A DNA stretch of 64,000 nt from Cyanophyceae cyanobacterium (GTDB lineage Bacteria > Cyanobacteriota > Cyanobacteriia > Cyanobacteriales > JBHJGN01). Location of the stretch: assembly GCA_050331735.1 (NCBI GenBank), contig JBHJGN010000024.1:1-64000 (forward strand), given 5' to 3'. A model generated the notes under the pieces. It saw nothing but the letters and a program-made list of their open reading frames with translations, was not told the origin of the DNA and searched no databases. Every line of letters starts with the position of its first letter. Position 1 is the first letter of the stretch. This document shows positions 9,561-20,121 of this stretch, one piece after another. The position numbers and the translations under genes are program-made.

Positions 9561-11354
9561 ATGACTGCCTATTTTTTGTTGCGATCGCGCAGCGGTAATT
9601 TACTGCTGAGAATTTTTTTCGTGGGGCTTTGTTGGCTGCTGGCTGCTGTCGGCCATCGGGGGCAGGCGCAAACCCCGATTCCCGTTCCGCCCGAAGAGAT
9701 TGAGCCACAACCGCGGCCTCCGATTCTTCCCATTCCGCCCGAAGAGACTGAGCCACAACTGCTGCCCCCGGTAGACGTGCCCCTTGACGAGGATGTTCCT
9801 CCCGTCACTCCTGACCCTGGCAGTGAAATTCCAGGGACAATTACGGTACAAGAATTTGAGATCATTGGTGGTACTGTGTTCAGTCGAGCAGAACTACAGC
9901 AGGCCATCGCCGAGTTTACGAACGCTAACCTGACCTTTGCCCAGCTTCTTCAGGCGGCTGAGCGGATCACGCAACTTTATCTCGACCAGGGATACATCAC
10001 TTCTGGAGCCTACATTCCCAGTCAAGAACTGCGCGGCGATACCGTGACGATTCAGGTGGTGGAAGGCCGGATCGAAGAAATTAACGTTAATGTTCTTGAA
10101 GAAAGACTGAACCCAAACTACATCCGCGATCGCCTCGCTCTCGGTACAGCCACTCCTCTCAACATTAATGACCTCCAGGAAGCCCTTCAGCTCTTGCAGC
10201 TCAATCCTTTAATCGAGAGTATCAACGCGGATCTGACCGCTGGCACCCAAGCCGGAACCAACATTTTGGACGTGACCGTGACTGGGGCCGAAACCTTTAA
10301 TATGCGAGTCGCTCTCAACAACAACCGCAACCCGAGCGTCGGCAGTTTTGAACGCCGCACCGAAATAACAGAAGCGAATTTACTCGGATGGGGAGCTCGA
10401 GCCAGCATTGCCTACAGCAACACCGACGGCAGCGATCGCGCTGAATTGAGCTACACTCTGCCGCTAAATGCTCGCAACGGCACTCTTAGCGTTAACTACA
10501 GCTTGGCCGATAACTACATTGTCGAAGCCCCGTTTGACCCGCTAGATATTGAAATCGATATCCGCGATCTCAACATCACCTACGCTCAACCGATTATTCA
10601 AAAAGCCACTCCAGAAAGAAGTCAAGAACTGGTGCTGGCTCTCTCCGCTACTCGCCGAGCCAGCGATTCTCAAGTAGAAGGAGTCGAGACCCGCATCTTT
10701 GCCGGAGCCGATGCAGACGGAGAAACCCGCATTTCAGCCCTCCGCTTTTCCCAAGAGTGGACGCAGCGGGAACGCCGTCAGGTGTTGGCGGCGCGGTCCC
10801 AGTTTAGCGTGGGAATTGATGCCTTTGAGGCCACCGTGAATGAAAATGCGCCAGACAGCCAGTTTTTTGCCTGGCGCGGTCAATTACTTTATCTGCTGCT
10901 GCTCGATGCGACCGCTGATGCCTCCGGGGGACCGACCCTGCTGCTGCGCTCGGATCTTCAGCTCGCCACAGACTCTCTGCTGTCGCTCGAGCAGTTTGCC
11001 CTCGGTGGTCAGTTTACGGTGCGGGGGTATCGACAGAATGCGCTGCTGAGCGATAATGGCGTTTTGGCTGCGGCTGAAGTTCGCCTGCCCATCGCTCAAG
11101 CGGAATCGTTAAGGAGCACCTTACAGGTGGTTCCGTTTGTCGATTTTGGCTATGCCTGGAATACTAACCGAGCGGACCCCGAAACAGATACTTTAATTGG
11201 CATTGGTCTCGGTTTACTATGGCAAGGGGAAAACTTGTCGGCTCGCCTAGATTTTGGCATTCCTTTGACAGATACTGATAGCGTGGGAGATGAAAGTACG
11301 TGGCAAGAAAATGGCGTTTATTTTCAGGTCGAGTACAACTTCAATCCGTTTTGA
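9561..11354 (+). CDS. ShlB/FhaC/HecB family TpsB outer-membrane transporter
   Basis: POTRA region (LYLDQGYITS...VVEG), VRGY motif, aromatic C-terminus. Confidence 0.92.
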   Translation: MTAYFLLRSRSGNLLLRIFFVGLCWLLAAVGHRGQAQTPIPVPPEEIEPQPRPPILPIPPEETEPQLLPPVDVPLDEDVPPVTPDPGSEIPGTITVQEFEIIGGTVFSRAELQQAIAEFTNANLTFAQLLQAAERITQLYLDQGYITSGAYIPSQELRGDTVTIQVVEGRIEEINVNVLEERLNPNYIRDRLALGTATPLNINDLQEALQLLQLNPLIESINADLTAGTQAGTNILDVTVTGAETFNMRVALNNNRNPSVGSFERRTEITEANLLGWGARASIAYSNTDGSDRAELSYTLPLNARNGTLSVNYSLADNYIVEAPFDPLDIEIDIRDLNITYAQPIIQKATPERSQELVLALSATRRASDSQVEGVETRIFAGADADGETRISALRFSQEWTQRERRQVLAARSQFSVGIDAFEATVNENAPDSQFFAWRGQLLYLLLLDATADASGGPTLLLRSDLQLATDSLLSLEQFALGGQFTVRGYRQNALLSDNGVLAAAEVRLPIAQAESLRSTLQVVPFVDFGYAWNTNRADPETDTLIGIGLGLLWQGENLSARLDFGIPLTDTDSVGDESTWQENGVYFQVEYNFNPF

Positions 11355-14047
11355 GCTGGTGCGGGAGCGCTACTGGAAATTTAAGAAGGCGGAAACGGCG
11401 AATTTGGGGAGTAATGCTAGCGGCGTTATTGGGGCTGCTGTCTGTGCTGAGTCTTCCGGTGCTTTCTCAGTCACCGTCTCCGTCCACGGGAGGATTAGCC
11501 CTCGCCCGAGCAGCCCAGCAACGCTATAGCGTCGGGCAATTCGACGAAGCGGCCAAGCTTTGGCAGCAGGCGGCGGAGCAGTACGAGCAGGCAGGCGATC
11601 GCCAAGGGACGACTAAAAGCCTGATCGACAGGTCGCAAGCGCTCCAAAATCTCGGACTGTATCCCAAAGCCTGCGATACTCTGCTCCAGGCGTTTGCGGT
11701 CGATACGCTGGAGTGTCGCCCACCACAGCTAGCCGCTCTCTGGGAACAGGTGTTTCCCCAGGCTCTTTCGCTCACCGAAGCCGTAGGGCTACGCAGCCTC
11801 GGTCACGTACTGCGTCGGCAAGGCTTTTTAGACCAGTCTCAAGACTTTTTACGGCTCAGCCTCGCCGCTACCCGAGGAACTCCCCAAGAAAGCGCTACGC
11901 TGCTAAGTTTAGGAAATACAGAACGAGCGCTCGCCCATCGCCTCCGCGATCGCCTCGACTACGAGCAGATTACCGCCATTATCGACCGCCAATCGGTGTC
12001 AGCGGCGCTCGAGCCTTACCAAGAAACGGTTCGCCTCTATCGGACGGCGGCGCGTTCTGCCTCACCGCTGATTTCCGTCCAGGCACAGCTCAACCATCTA
12101 AGCCTCCTGTTAAATATTCAGCAGTGGTGGAGCGAGCAGATTAGCCGACGCACCAACTCCTGGTCGCGGCTGAAACAGACAAAGCTCAGCAAGCGCGCCG
12201 CCAGTTTTTCATCCCAGCTAGACAGGCAGCTCGACAGCAGCACTCAGCGGTTGCAGCGGCAACTTTGGGCTAGCGTTGCGTCTTTACCCTCCAGTCGGGC
12301 CGCTATTAATGCTCGGATCAACTATGCTAATTGTCTCATTCGGCTTCAGCAGCTCGACCGAGCAAAAGCGATGCTAGCAACGGCTCAAGAACAGGCCAGA
12401 GCGATCGCCGACTGGCAAGCCCAGAGTTATACTTTAGGCTATTTAGGCAGAATTAGCTTTCTCCAGGGACAAATCGAGCCCGCTCTTGACCTCACCCGAC
12501 AGGCGCTGCTGCTTGCCCAGGAACATCAGCTTGTCGGAGACTCGCGTGAAATTTCCTATTTGTGGCAGTTTCAGCTCGGGCGCTTGCTCCAAGAACAGAA
12601 TCCATCAGAGGCGATCGCGGCCTATGCCGCTGCTTACAACACGCTCCAGTCTCTGCGGAGCGATCTTAACGCCAATAATCAAGACCTTCAGTTCGACTTT
12701 CGGGAGGAAGTCAAGCCCGTTTACCTCGGTCTCGTCGATCTGCTGCTTCAGGCAGAGCTGACGGAGGCTGAATTAGCGTCTTTAGTCTTGCTCGACACGG
12801 TCCAAGATGAACTGGGACGACAAGAAGTCACGGCCACCAGTAAGCTCAAGCTGGCGCGAAACATCATCGAATCTCTTCAGCTTGCAGAGTTAGACAACTT
12901 CTTTCAAGATCCCTGTGTTGAGGAGAGCGCCGTCGCGGTGCAGCTTGACGACCTCGACCCGCGAGCAGCGGTTCTCTATCCAATCGTTTTACCAGACCGG
13001 GTGGCCGTGATTCTTTCCTTACCGGATCGGACTCTACGCGCTAGTGCCACTCCCATCGGTGAAACAGCCGTAAACGCTACCCTCGATACTCTTTACGATC
13101 GCCTCGATAACCCCACGGTAGATAACTCAGCCCGCAACATTCTCTCCACCTCTAATCCGATCCAGGGAGAGCTAGCCGAAAACCTCCAAAGCCTGTTGCC
13201 GATGCTAACGCAAGTATACGACTGGCTAATTCGACCGTTTGAAACCGAGCTAGCGACGAGTCAAATTGAAACTCTGGTGTTCGTGCTCAACGGTCAGCTT
13301 CAGAAAGTTCCCATGGCGGCACTCTACGATGGCCAACACTATTTGCTGGAAAATTACCAGATTGCGCTCGCTCCTAGCCTACAGCTTCTCAATCCCAATC
13401 CTCTAGACAGCCAGCGGCTGAGAGTGTTGGCGGCTGGAGTGAGTCAGCCAGCGCAGGTGCGCGGAGAAACGTTTCCGGCTCTAGATAACGTCCCGGAAGA
13501 ACTGAATCAGATTCAATCCGTTTTCCCCCGTTCTCGACAGCTTCTTAACGAGGAGTTTACCGTTTCGTCTCTTCAGACTCAGCTTCAAGAAGACTTTCCC
13601 GTGGTTCATTTTGCCACCCATGCTCAGTTTAGCTCTAATCCCGAACAGAATTTTATCGTAACGGGACAAGACAGCAGTCTTGGCATCGAGCAGTTGAGTA
13701 ATCTTTTTCAAGCTGAATCTGCTCCTGAATTGTTAGTCCTGAGTGCCTGTCAAACCGCCACCGGAGACGAGCAGGCAGTCTTAGGTTTGGCAGGAGTCGC
13801 TGTGCGTTCGGGAATCCGCAGTACGCTCGCGACTCTCTGGCCCGTTGAAGACGTTTCTACGGCTCAATTGATGGGACAGTTTTATCAGGAGTTAGCCCAG
13901 CCGACAACACAATCGGAGGCGCTTAGAAGTGCTCAGCTATCGCTCCTAGACAGGCTGAAAGTCAACCCCCCCATGCCTGAGCTGCAAGGCTTGCCTCCTC
14001 ATCCCTACTATTGGGCACCCTACGTTCTCGTCGGTAATTGGCAGTAA
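11351..14047 (+). CDS. TPR + CHAT (caspase-like) domain protein; start uncertain (TTG 11351 overlapping the tpsB stop, or ATG 11414)
   Basis: VVHFATHAQF and LLVLSACQTA (His/Cys dyad), TLWPVED, HPYYWAPYVLVGNW. Confidence 0.9.
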   Translation: MSWCGSATGNLRRRKRRIWGVMLAALLGLLSVLSLPVLSQSPSPSTGGLALARAAQQRYSVGQFDEAAKLWQQAAEQYEQAGDRQGTTKSLIDRSQALQNLGLYPKACDTLLQAFAVDTLECRPPQLAALWEQVFPQALSLTEAVGLRSLGHVLRRQGFLDQSQDFLRLSLAATRGTPQESATLLSLGNTERALAHRLRDRLDYEQITAIIDRQSVSAALEPYQETVRLYRTAARSASPLISVQAQLNHLSLLLNIQQWWSEQISRRTNSWSRLKQTKLSKRAASFSSQLDRQLDSSTQRLQRQLWASVASLPSSRAAINARINYANCLIRLQQLDRAKAMLATAQEQARAIADWQAQSYTLGYLGRISFLQGQIEPALDLTRQALLLAQEHQLVGDSREISYLWQFQLGRLLQEQNPSEAIAAYAAAYNTLQSLRSDLNANNQDLQFDFREEVKPVYLGLVDLLLQAELTEAELASLVLLDTVQDELGRQEVTATSKLKLARNIIESLQLAELDNFFQDPCVEESAVAVQLDDLDPRAAVLYPIVLPDRVAVILSLPDRTLRASATPIGETAVNATLDTLYDRLDNPTVDNSARNILSTSNPIQGELAENLQSLLPMLTQVYDWLIRPFETELATSQIETLVFVLNGQLQKVPMAALYDGQHYLLENYQIALAPSLQLLNPNPLDSQRLRVLAAGVSQPAQVRGETFPALDNVPEELNQIQSVFPRSRQLLNEEFTVSSLQTQLQEDFPVVHFATHAQFSSNPEQNFIVTGQDSSLGIEQLSNLFQAESAPELLVLSACQTATGDEQAVLGLAGVAVRSGIRSTLATLWPVEDVSTAQLMGQFYQELAQPTTQSEALRSAQLSLLDRLKVNPPMPELQGLPPHPYYWAPYVLVGNWQ

Positions 14048-14232
14048 GTCGCTGCGCGACGGGGAGAATCGCTCGCGATGGGGAAAGGGGGAAACTGTCC
14101 CTATCGGGACGGGGAAAGAACACAGAAGCGAGTAATCGGCTGAGTCCTCCTTCCTTTCCCCTTTACCCCTTCCCCTTTACCCGTTGCGGAGCAACTTTTC
14201 CCGGCACCTGCGGTGCCCGCAGCGAAGCTGCG
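14048..14232. repeat. Family C repeat, inverted relative to the 9272 copy
   Basis: GGGGAAA arm, AGAACACAGA core, CCCCTT arm, hairpins GTCCCtatcGGGAC and GTTGCggaGCAAC. Confidence 0.85.
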
Positions 14233-15201
14233 TTAGTATTTTTCTCCGGCTTCTTCTTCGTAATATTCTGGCTCTTTCCGCTTTTCAGGAATGTTGATGC
14301 GGGGAGGATCGTAGGGTTCGGGTTCTACGTCGTCATCCCAAACGTCATTGTGAACATCACCGTACTCGTAAGCTTCCTCGTCAGCGGGTTCGTATTCAAG
14401 CTGAGCTTCATAGCGAGCGGGAGGTTCACTTCTGACCTCGCCCCAGTTATCCTCTTCTCCTTCATACTGCTCATAGCGAGCTTCAGCTCTCTGCGGTGGC
14501 GGTACGCGGCGAGATTCTTCCCACGCATCTTCATCCCAGCGCTCTTCAACAACGGGGCGCGCTTCAACCGGAGTCCGTACCGGAATTCCTGTCCCGAGCT
14601 GATTTTCCGGCTTGACCGTGGGAGGATAGTACATTTCTTCTTCGTCTTTTTCCCAAGGAGGTCTGCCAATACCAACGCGCTCTAGAACACCAACCGTAAG
14701 CTGAGAGAGGGTATTTTCGGCATCCTCAAACACGATGAGGCGATTTGGTCCGCTACTGACAATCTGCTCGACCGGAAGCTCGTAGGTGCTAATGACCTGG
14801 TCGGGAATTTGGGGCACCCCAATAGAAGCCAGGATCAGCGAGGAAACCGTGCCGTTCTCAAGGTTGAACTGAAAGTCTCTCACTTTGCCCAAGGGTTCTC
14901 CGGTTTCGGTAATGACTTCACACCCAATGAGCTGATTGTAGGCCTCAACATCAACATCTTCAATTACGTCCTCATCCTCGACGAGAACCACATCACCGCT
15001 TTGACGAATGCTGGTGAGGTACATATATTTGGGAATTCCAGAAAGAGCAAGTCGATTATCGCGGAGACCTAACGCCACGACCTCCCGGCGATCAATATCG
15101 ACTAATACTTCTCGGACAACTCCTAACCGCTTTCCGGTGTTGCGAGTAATCACTTGAGTATTAAGAAATTCGTTACGAAGACGGATATAGTCAGTTGTCA
15201 T
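14233..15201 (-). CDS. PRC-barrel domain protein
   Basis: Two PRC barrels (TQVITRNTGKRLGVV; LIGCEVITETGEPLGKVRDF) and an acidic tail. Confidence 0.9.
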   Translation of the reverse strand: MTTDYIRLRNEFLNTQVITRNTGKRLGVVREVLVDIDRREVVALGLRDNRLALSGIPKYMYLTSIRQSGDVVLVEDEDVIEDVDVEAYNQLIGCEVITETGEPLGKVRDFQFNLENGTVSSLILASIGVPQIPDQVISTYELPVEQIVSSGPNRLIVFEDAENTLSQLTVGVLERVGIGRPPWEKDEEEMYYPPTVKPENQLGTGIPVRTPVEARPVVEERWDEDAWEESRRVPPPQRAEARYEQYEGEEDNWGEVRSEPPARYEAQLEYEPADEEAYEYGDVHNDVWDDDVEPEPYDPPRINIPEKRKEPEYYEEEAGEKY

Positions 15202-15883
15202 AGTGTCCTGTTTTGTGGGAAGGCTTTTACATCCAGTAGAAATATAAAGATTTTCTTAAGCAACACGTTTTTAACTTAATTCATAGATGATAGCTTAAGA
15301 TTTACATTATTTAATAATTGAGGTTTAAATACAGCAGCTTTCACTTTAATGAGGTATGGTTTAACGTCTTAGTTTTTTGTTAATTGTGAGGGCGTAGTTC
15401 CGAGGTTTTCAACTCCTGCGGAGACGCTTCGCGAACGGAACGTAAGACCGTCCGAATGGTTGATGGTTCCTCGCATCCTTCGATGGCGTCCCTCACTCGT
15501 TCAAAAAACTCTATACATTCATTCAGCATTCAGCGATTTTAAAACCGCAGTCTCGAGCAGTAAACAGCCTGCGAGCACTAAAAATAGTTGAGTAAGCTTA
15601 CTGACTTTTTCTATTTTAGCTAATCGCTCTGCGCTGGCTGTACTCGCTGAGCAATAAACTCCGTCGCGACTAAACCCTGAGCTACTCATAGCATGGAATC
15701 GTGTTAAGACCACCGAGCGTAGCAGACCCCAAAATTAGCTTCAATGGTATTCCCGCTGAAGGCGAAGCCTGCCCAGATTACCTGCATGAAATGAGCTTCT
15801 CGGTGAATGTGTACCCTTTGGTGCTGACAGTTAATCAGTTACCTGTCACGATCGAGCTATCTCTTTAGAAATGCCCGTTAATT

Positions 15884-16573
15884 TTGTCTCTTTCTCAGCC
15901 TAACCAGATACTAGCTGCCCTACCCAACGCAGAATATCAGCGCCTTGCTCCTCATCTCACTGCCAGTGAGCTATCTGCCAATCAAAACCTCTTTAAACCC
16001 AAGCAAAAGACTTTCTCGGCGTATTTCCCTACTCAAGGAGTTGTTTCATTAGTCACGGTGATGCAGAACGGCTCCACAACAGAAATTGGTTTGATTGGTC
16101 GAGATGGACTCGTCGGCATTTTTCAAACCTTGGGAGAGGACCATATTAATAGTCGCGCTACTGTTCAAATTGCCGGAGAAGCCTTGCAGATCGATGCCGA
16201 TACGCTGCGAGCTGAATTTGAGCGAGGCGGCATGTTGCAAAAACTGCTGTTGCGCTACAGCCTGACGCTATTTAATCAGGTCAGTCAGTGTTCTGCCTGT
16301 AACAATCATCATACCGTTGAGCAGCGCTTCGCCCGCTGGCTGCTGATGGTTCAAGACCGCCTCGACCGGGAGGAATGCATTCCCTTTACTCAGCAATTTC
16401 TATCTCGGATGCTCGGAACGCGCCGTGCCAGCATTACTGAAGTTGCTCAAGACGTTCAGCGCCAGGGAGCGATCGCCTACCATCGCGGTCGGATTGAAAT
16501 TACTGACCGCCCTGCTCTCGAAGCGATCGCCTGCGAGTGTTATCAGATTGTCAAAGCTGAGCTGACTCCTTAA
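15884..16573 (+). CDS. Crp/Fnr family transcriptional regulator
   Basis: TTEIGLIGRDGLVG, CNNHHTVEQRFARWLL, HTH, ACECY. Confidence 0.92.
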   Translation: MSLSQPNQILAALPNAEYQRLAPHLTASELSANQNLFKPKQKTFSAYFPTQGVVSLVTVMQNGSTTEIGLIGRDGLVGIFQTLGEDHINSRATVQIAGEALQIDADTLRAEFERGGMLQKLLLRYSLTLFNQVSQCSACNNHHTVEQRFARWLLMVQDRLDREECIPFTQQFLSRMLGTRRASITEVAQDVQRQGAIAYHRGRIEITDRPALEAIACECYQIVKAELTP

Positions 16574-16755
16574 TTAAGTCTTCTCCCTCGTGCTGAATTT
16601 TTCGATCAGTTGGTACGGCAACTGACCAAACTTTACTACCCCATCAGCTACTGTAAAGAGTATTCCTTGAGAACGAGCACATAAGAGGCGAATCGTGCTG
16701 ACTTGTCTGGCAACGCGGTGCTCTTGTTCACTAGCGTACTAAGTAAGTTACAGAG

Positions 16756-17502
16756 ATGTCCCAACCAAAGTTTGACAATCCCGTTAATCAGCTTTTGGCT
16801 GCTTTACCCCAGGCAGACTACCAGCGTCTTTGCCCTCATTTCCAAGCTGTGCAGCTCTCTCAAAACAAAATTCTTTACAGCGCTGGGGAAGACTATAATT
16901 TTGCTTACTTTCCCAGCCACTCGGTAATTTCTAGCATTGCTATTTTAGAGAATGGCGCGACAACGGAGATTGGAGTGGTTGGTAATGAGGGCATGGTTGG
17001 ACTGCCAATTATTTTGGATAGCAGTTTTACCCAGACGACAGCGATTGTGCAGGTGGGTAACAGTGCCTGGAAAATTCCTGCCGCCGCGCTCAAAGCCGAG
17101 TTTGATCGGGACGGTGCGCTCCAAAAGCTTCTGCTGCGCTACATTCAAGCACGGCTAGTCCAGCTCGGTCAAACTGCTGCCTGCAACCGTCACCACTCAA
17201 TCGAGCAGCGATTTGCCCGCTGGCTGTTAACGGTTCGTGACAGTACCCAGAGGCATGAATTTCGGCTGACTCAGGAATTTATCTCCCAGATGCTTGGTGT
17301 ACGTCGCGCTGGCGTTTCAGAGGTAGCTAGCGAGTTTCAAAAGGCAGAGATTATTCGCTATCATCGCGGCTGGATTAAAATTGTCGATCAGATGAGGCTA
17401 GAATTAGCAAGCTGTGAGTGTTACCCGCTCATCGCTCAAGAGTTCTCCCGCCTAGTAGGCAGCCGCTCAAAAGTACTAAGCAGCAACAAGTTAAGCAACT
17501 GA
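16756..17502 (+). CDS. Crp/Fnr family transcriptional regulator
   Basis: TTEIGVVGNEGMVG, CNRHHSIEQRFARWLL, HTH LTQEFISQMLGVRRAGVS, SCECY. Confidence 0.92.
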   Translation: MSQPKFDNPVNQLLAALPQADYQRLCPHFQAVQLSQNKILYSAGEDYNFAYFPSHSVISSIAILENGATTEIGVVGNEGMVGLPIILDSSFTQTTAIVQVGNSAWKIPAAALKAEFDRDGALQKLLLRYIQARLVQLGQTAACNRHHSIEQRFARWLLTVRDSTQRHEFRLTQEFISQMLGVRRAGVSEVASEFQKAEIIRYHRGWIKIVDQMRLELASCECYPLIAQEFSRLVGSRSKVLSSNKLSN

Positions 17503-17668
17503 AGAAGGCAAGGTTATGCTCTAACTACTTTCTTGGCGCGAAGCCTTGTCGCTCCTGATTTTCCACCTCCACAAGCGTAGCTAGTCATTTTAGTTCAGTT
17601 CCGTATAGATGAACCAGGGGCATCGCTCTAGACTCTACGTATAGTCGAGCAATGAACGGAGGCTGATC

Positions 17669-18124
17669 GTGTCCCTGCCCCAATTTTCCCAGCTTTTAGA
17701 GGCCAACCTCCTTGCTAATCTGGCATTGCTGATTGTCGATAACAGTAGTGACGAAAGAGAACTGTTGTCGATGCTATTCCAAGAGTACGGAGCGCAGACC
17801 ATTGCCGTTTACTCAGCCAGCGAGGCGCTGGCAGTATTGGAATGGTCTCGACCCGATGTGATTATTAGCGAACTCGTACTCAAGCCAGAGGATGGCTACT
17901 CGCTGATTGCTGATATTAGAAGTCGCTCGACCTCCATCAGCCGAATTCCGATACTCTCCTTTACTACAGCAGCAAAGGAAAGCGATCGCGCTGCGGCCCT
18001 CTCAGCCGGATTTGATGCGCACTTACCCAAACCCACCGATATTGATACTATTGTGGCCACCGTCGCTCACCTCGCTCGTTCTCAACAGCCAATTTTCGAT
18101 TGCTCCTCGAATGCGTATAACTAG
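17669..18124 (+). CDS. Single-domain response regulator with Glu at the phosphoacceptor position
   Basis: LIVDN, PDVIISEL, DGYSLI, AGFDAHLPKP. Confidence 0.85.
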   Translation: MSLPQFSQLLEANLLANLALLIVDNSSDERELLSMLFQEYGAQTIAVYSASEALAVLEWSRPDVIISELVLKPEDGYSLIADIRSRSTSISRIPILSFTTAAKESDRAAALSAGFDAHLPKPTDIDTIVATVAHLARSQQPIFDCSSNAYN

Positions 18125-18320
18125 GTTGCTGCGGGACGGGAAAATCGCTGCGCGATGGGGAAAGGGGAAAGGAAAAGTTGTCGCGTTCGCGACGGGCCAA
18201 GAACACAGAAGAGAGGGAATCGGCTGAGTCACCCCCCTTTACCCGTTCCCCCTTCCCCTTTTCCCGTTGCGGAGCAACTTCCCCTTTACCCGCGCCCACG
18301 GCGCTATGCCTGCGGAGCTT
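18125..18320. repeat. Family C repeat, inverted
   Basis: Shares AAGAACACAGAAG...AATCGGCTGAGTC and GTTGCGGAGCAAC with the 14048 copy. Confidence 0.85.
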
Positions 18321-18376
18321 CCGTTCTCTTCATTGCTTGTGTTAGCGTGAGGAATGACTTGAGGTGCTATGGGTCA

Positions 18377-19870
18377 ATGAAATTTGATGTAGTTGTTATT
18401 GGAAGCGGGATTGGGGGCTTAACCGCTGGCGCTTTGTTAGCAAGGTACGGCAAAACAGTTCTGGTTTGCGAAAGTCATACTATTCCTGGTGGTGCTGCCC
18501 ATAGTTTTTCCCAGCGGGGCTTTCATTTCGATTCTGGTCCTTCCTTTTACTGTGGTTTGGGCAGTGAGCCGAGTTTGAATCCTCTCAAGCAGGTACTTGA
18601 TGCCTTAGAAGAGTCTTTAGAAGTCGTTCGCTACGATCCGCTTGGGCATTACCACTTTCCGGAAGGAACGCTGCCAATCTGGAGCAATCTGCACCAGTAT
18701 CGTCAAGCGATCGCTCAGTTTACCTCTCAAGGAGCTATAGAACTCGAACGGTTTGAACAGCGGCTGCTCTCTCTCTACGACTGCCTTAAAGAGATTCCAA
18801 CGATTACCCTAAGAGCAGATTGGCAGGTGGTTCCAGTGCTGTTATCGCGTTTTCCGGCTTTAGTGAAAATGCTGCCTCAGCTTGGCGTTGTTAACAGTTC
18901 TGTCGGAGACATCATGGATCGGGAGGTTCACGATCCGTGGGTTCGCCGACTGATCGATTTAGAATGTTTTTTGCTGTCGGGACTCAAAGCCCACGGAACG
19001 ATCGCCCCAGAAGTGGCTTTTATGTTGGGAGAGCGCCATCGGGCCGGAGTCGAATATCCAGTGGGCGGTAGCGGAGCGATTGTCAAAGCTTTGGTATCAG
19101 GACTAGAACGGTGGGGCGGAAAGCTCCGTCTGCGATCGCACGTCGAGCAAATTCTGGTCGCATCCGGCCAGGTGACGGGCGTACAGTTACGCTCTGGGGA
19201 AGTGATTGAAGCTCCGATCGTCATCTCTAACGCGACGGTTTGGGATACCTACGGTAAGCTGTTGCGCCCGGAAGATTTACCGACCGCTTGTCAACAGCAG
19301 CTAGCAACGCCCGCCATCGATAGCTTTATGCACCTCCACCTCGGCATTACAGCAGACGGGCTTGACCGCTTAAGCGGACATCACGTCGTCGTTCACAGCA
19401 GCGAACGGGATCTTACTGAACCGGGCAATACCTGCATGATCTCCATTCCTTCGGTTTGGGATCGTTCTTTAGCCCCGACTGGGCATCACGTGGTTCATGC
19501 CTATACCCTCGAACCCTATCAGGGCTGGCAGCAAGCCGGGTATGAAGAGAGAAAGCAACAGCGAGCGCAACCTTTATATCGGGCTTTAGAAACAGTGATT
19601 CCCGATTTGAGCGATCGCATTAGCTTAGAATTAATCGGCACTCCGCTCACTCATGCTCGTTTCCTGCGTCGTCATCAGGGAACTTACGGTCCAGCCATTC
19701 CAGCCGGACAGGGATTGTTCCCGAGTTGCCATACTCCGATTTCTGGCTTATACCGTGTGGGAGACAGTACTTTACCTGGAATTGGAGTTCCCGCAGTTGC
19801 TGCCTCTGGCATTTTGTGCGCGAATACGCTCGTTCCACTGCGGCAAACAAAGAAGATGCTGAATCATTAA
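18377..19870 (+). CDS. FAD-dependent oxidoreductase of the phytoene desaturase / carotenoid isomerase family
   Basis: MKFDVVVIGSGIGG dinucleotide-binding motif, FDSGPS, GLYRVGDSTLPGIGVPAV. The ORF-track extension upstream of 18377 is repeat DNA. Confidence 0.85.
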   Translation: MKFDVVVIGSGIGGLTAGALLARYGKTVLVCESHTIPGGAAHSFSQRGFHFDSGPSFYCGLGSEPSLNPLKQVLDALEESLEVVRYDPLGHYHFPEGTLPIWSNLHQYRQAIAQFTSQGAIELERFEQRLLSLYDCLKEIPTITLRADWQVVPVLLSRFPALVKMLPQLGVVNSSVGDIMDREVHDPWVRRLIDLECFLLSGLKAHGTIAPEVAFMLGERHRAGVEYPVGGSGAIVKALVSGLERWGGKLRLRSHVEQILVASGQVTGVQLRSGEVIEAPIVISNATVWDTYGKLLRPEDLPTACQQQLATPAIDSFMHLHLGITADGLDRLSGHHVVVHSSERDLTEPGNTCMISIPSVWDRSLAPTGHHVVHAYTLEPYQGWQQAGYEERKQQRAQPLYRALETVIPDLSDRISLELIGTPLTHARFLRRHQGTYGPAIPAGQGLFPSCHTPISGLYRVGDSTLPGIGVPAVAASGILCANTLVPLRQTKKMLNH

Positions 19871-20121
19871 AAATGCCAAGTCAACAATACTTGTTCAATT
19901 TTTGGCATTGCTGCCAATCGTCATGACAGCCTAGACTAAACCAGATTGAAATTGACCGTAAACGACTAATCTCTATTCATCCTCATCATTCCCTATCTAG
20001 CAACCCCTGATTTTTCCGTCTGCTCAAGCTCTCTGTAGGATGCAGCTAGGAGCTAGCCTTGTGGCATCTCGGTCATTCTCGTTCTTGGGTGTAAACTGCT
20101 ATCTATGAACCGCTACCGTGC

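Noticed and set aside
15519..15713. Small minus-strand ORF divergent from crp
   Set aside because: One hydrophobic stretch but no recognisable motif; cannot be supported.
18155..18376. N-terminal extension of the oxidoreductase in the ORF track
   Set aside because: It is translated family C repeat; the protein motif begins at ATG 18377.
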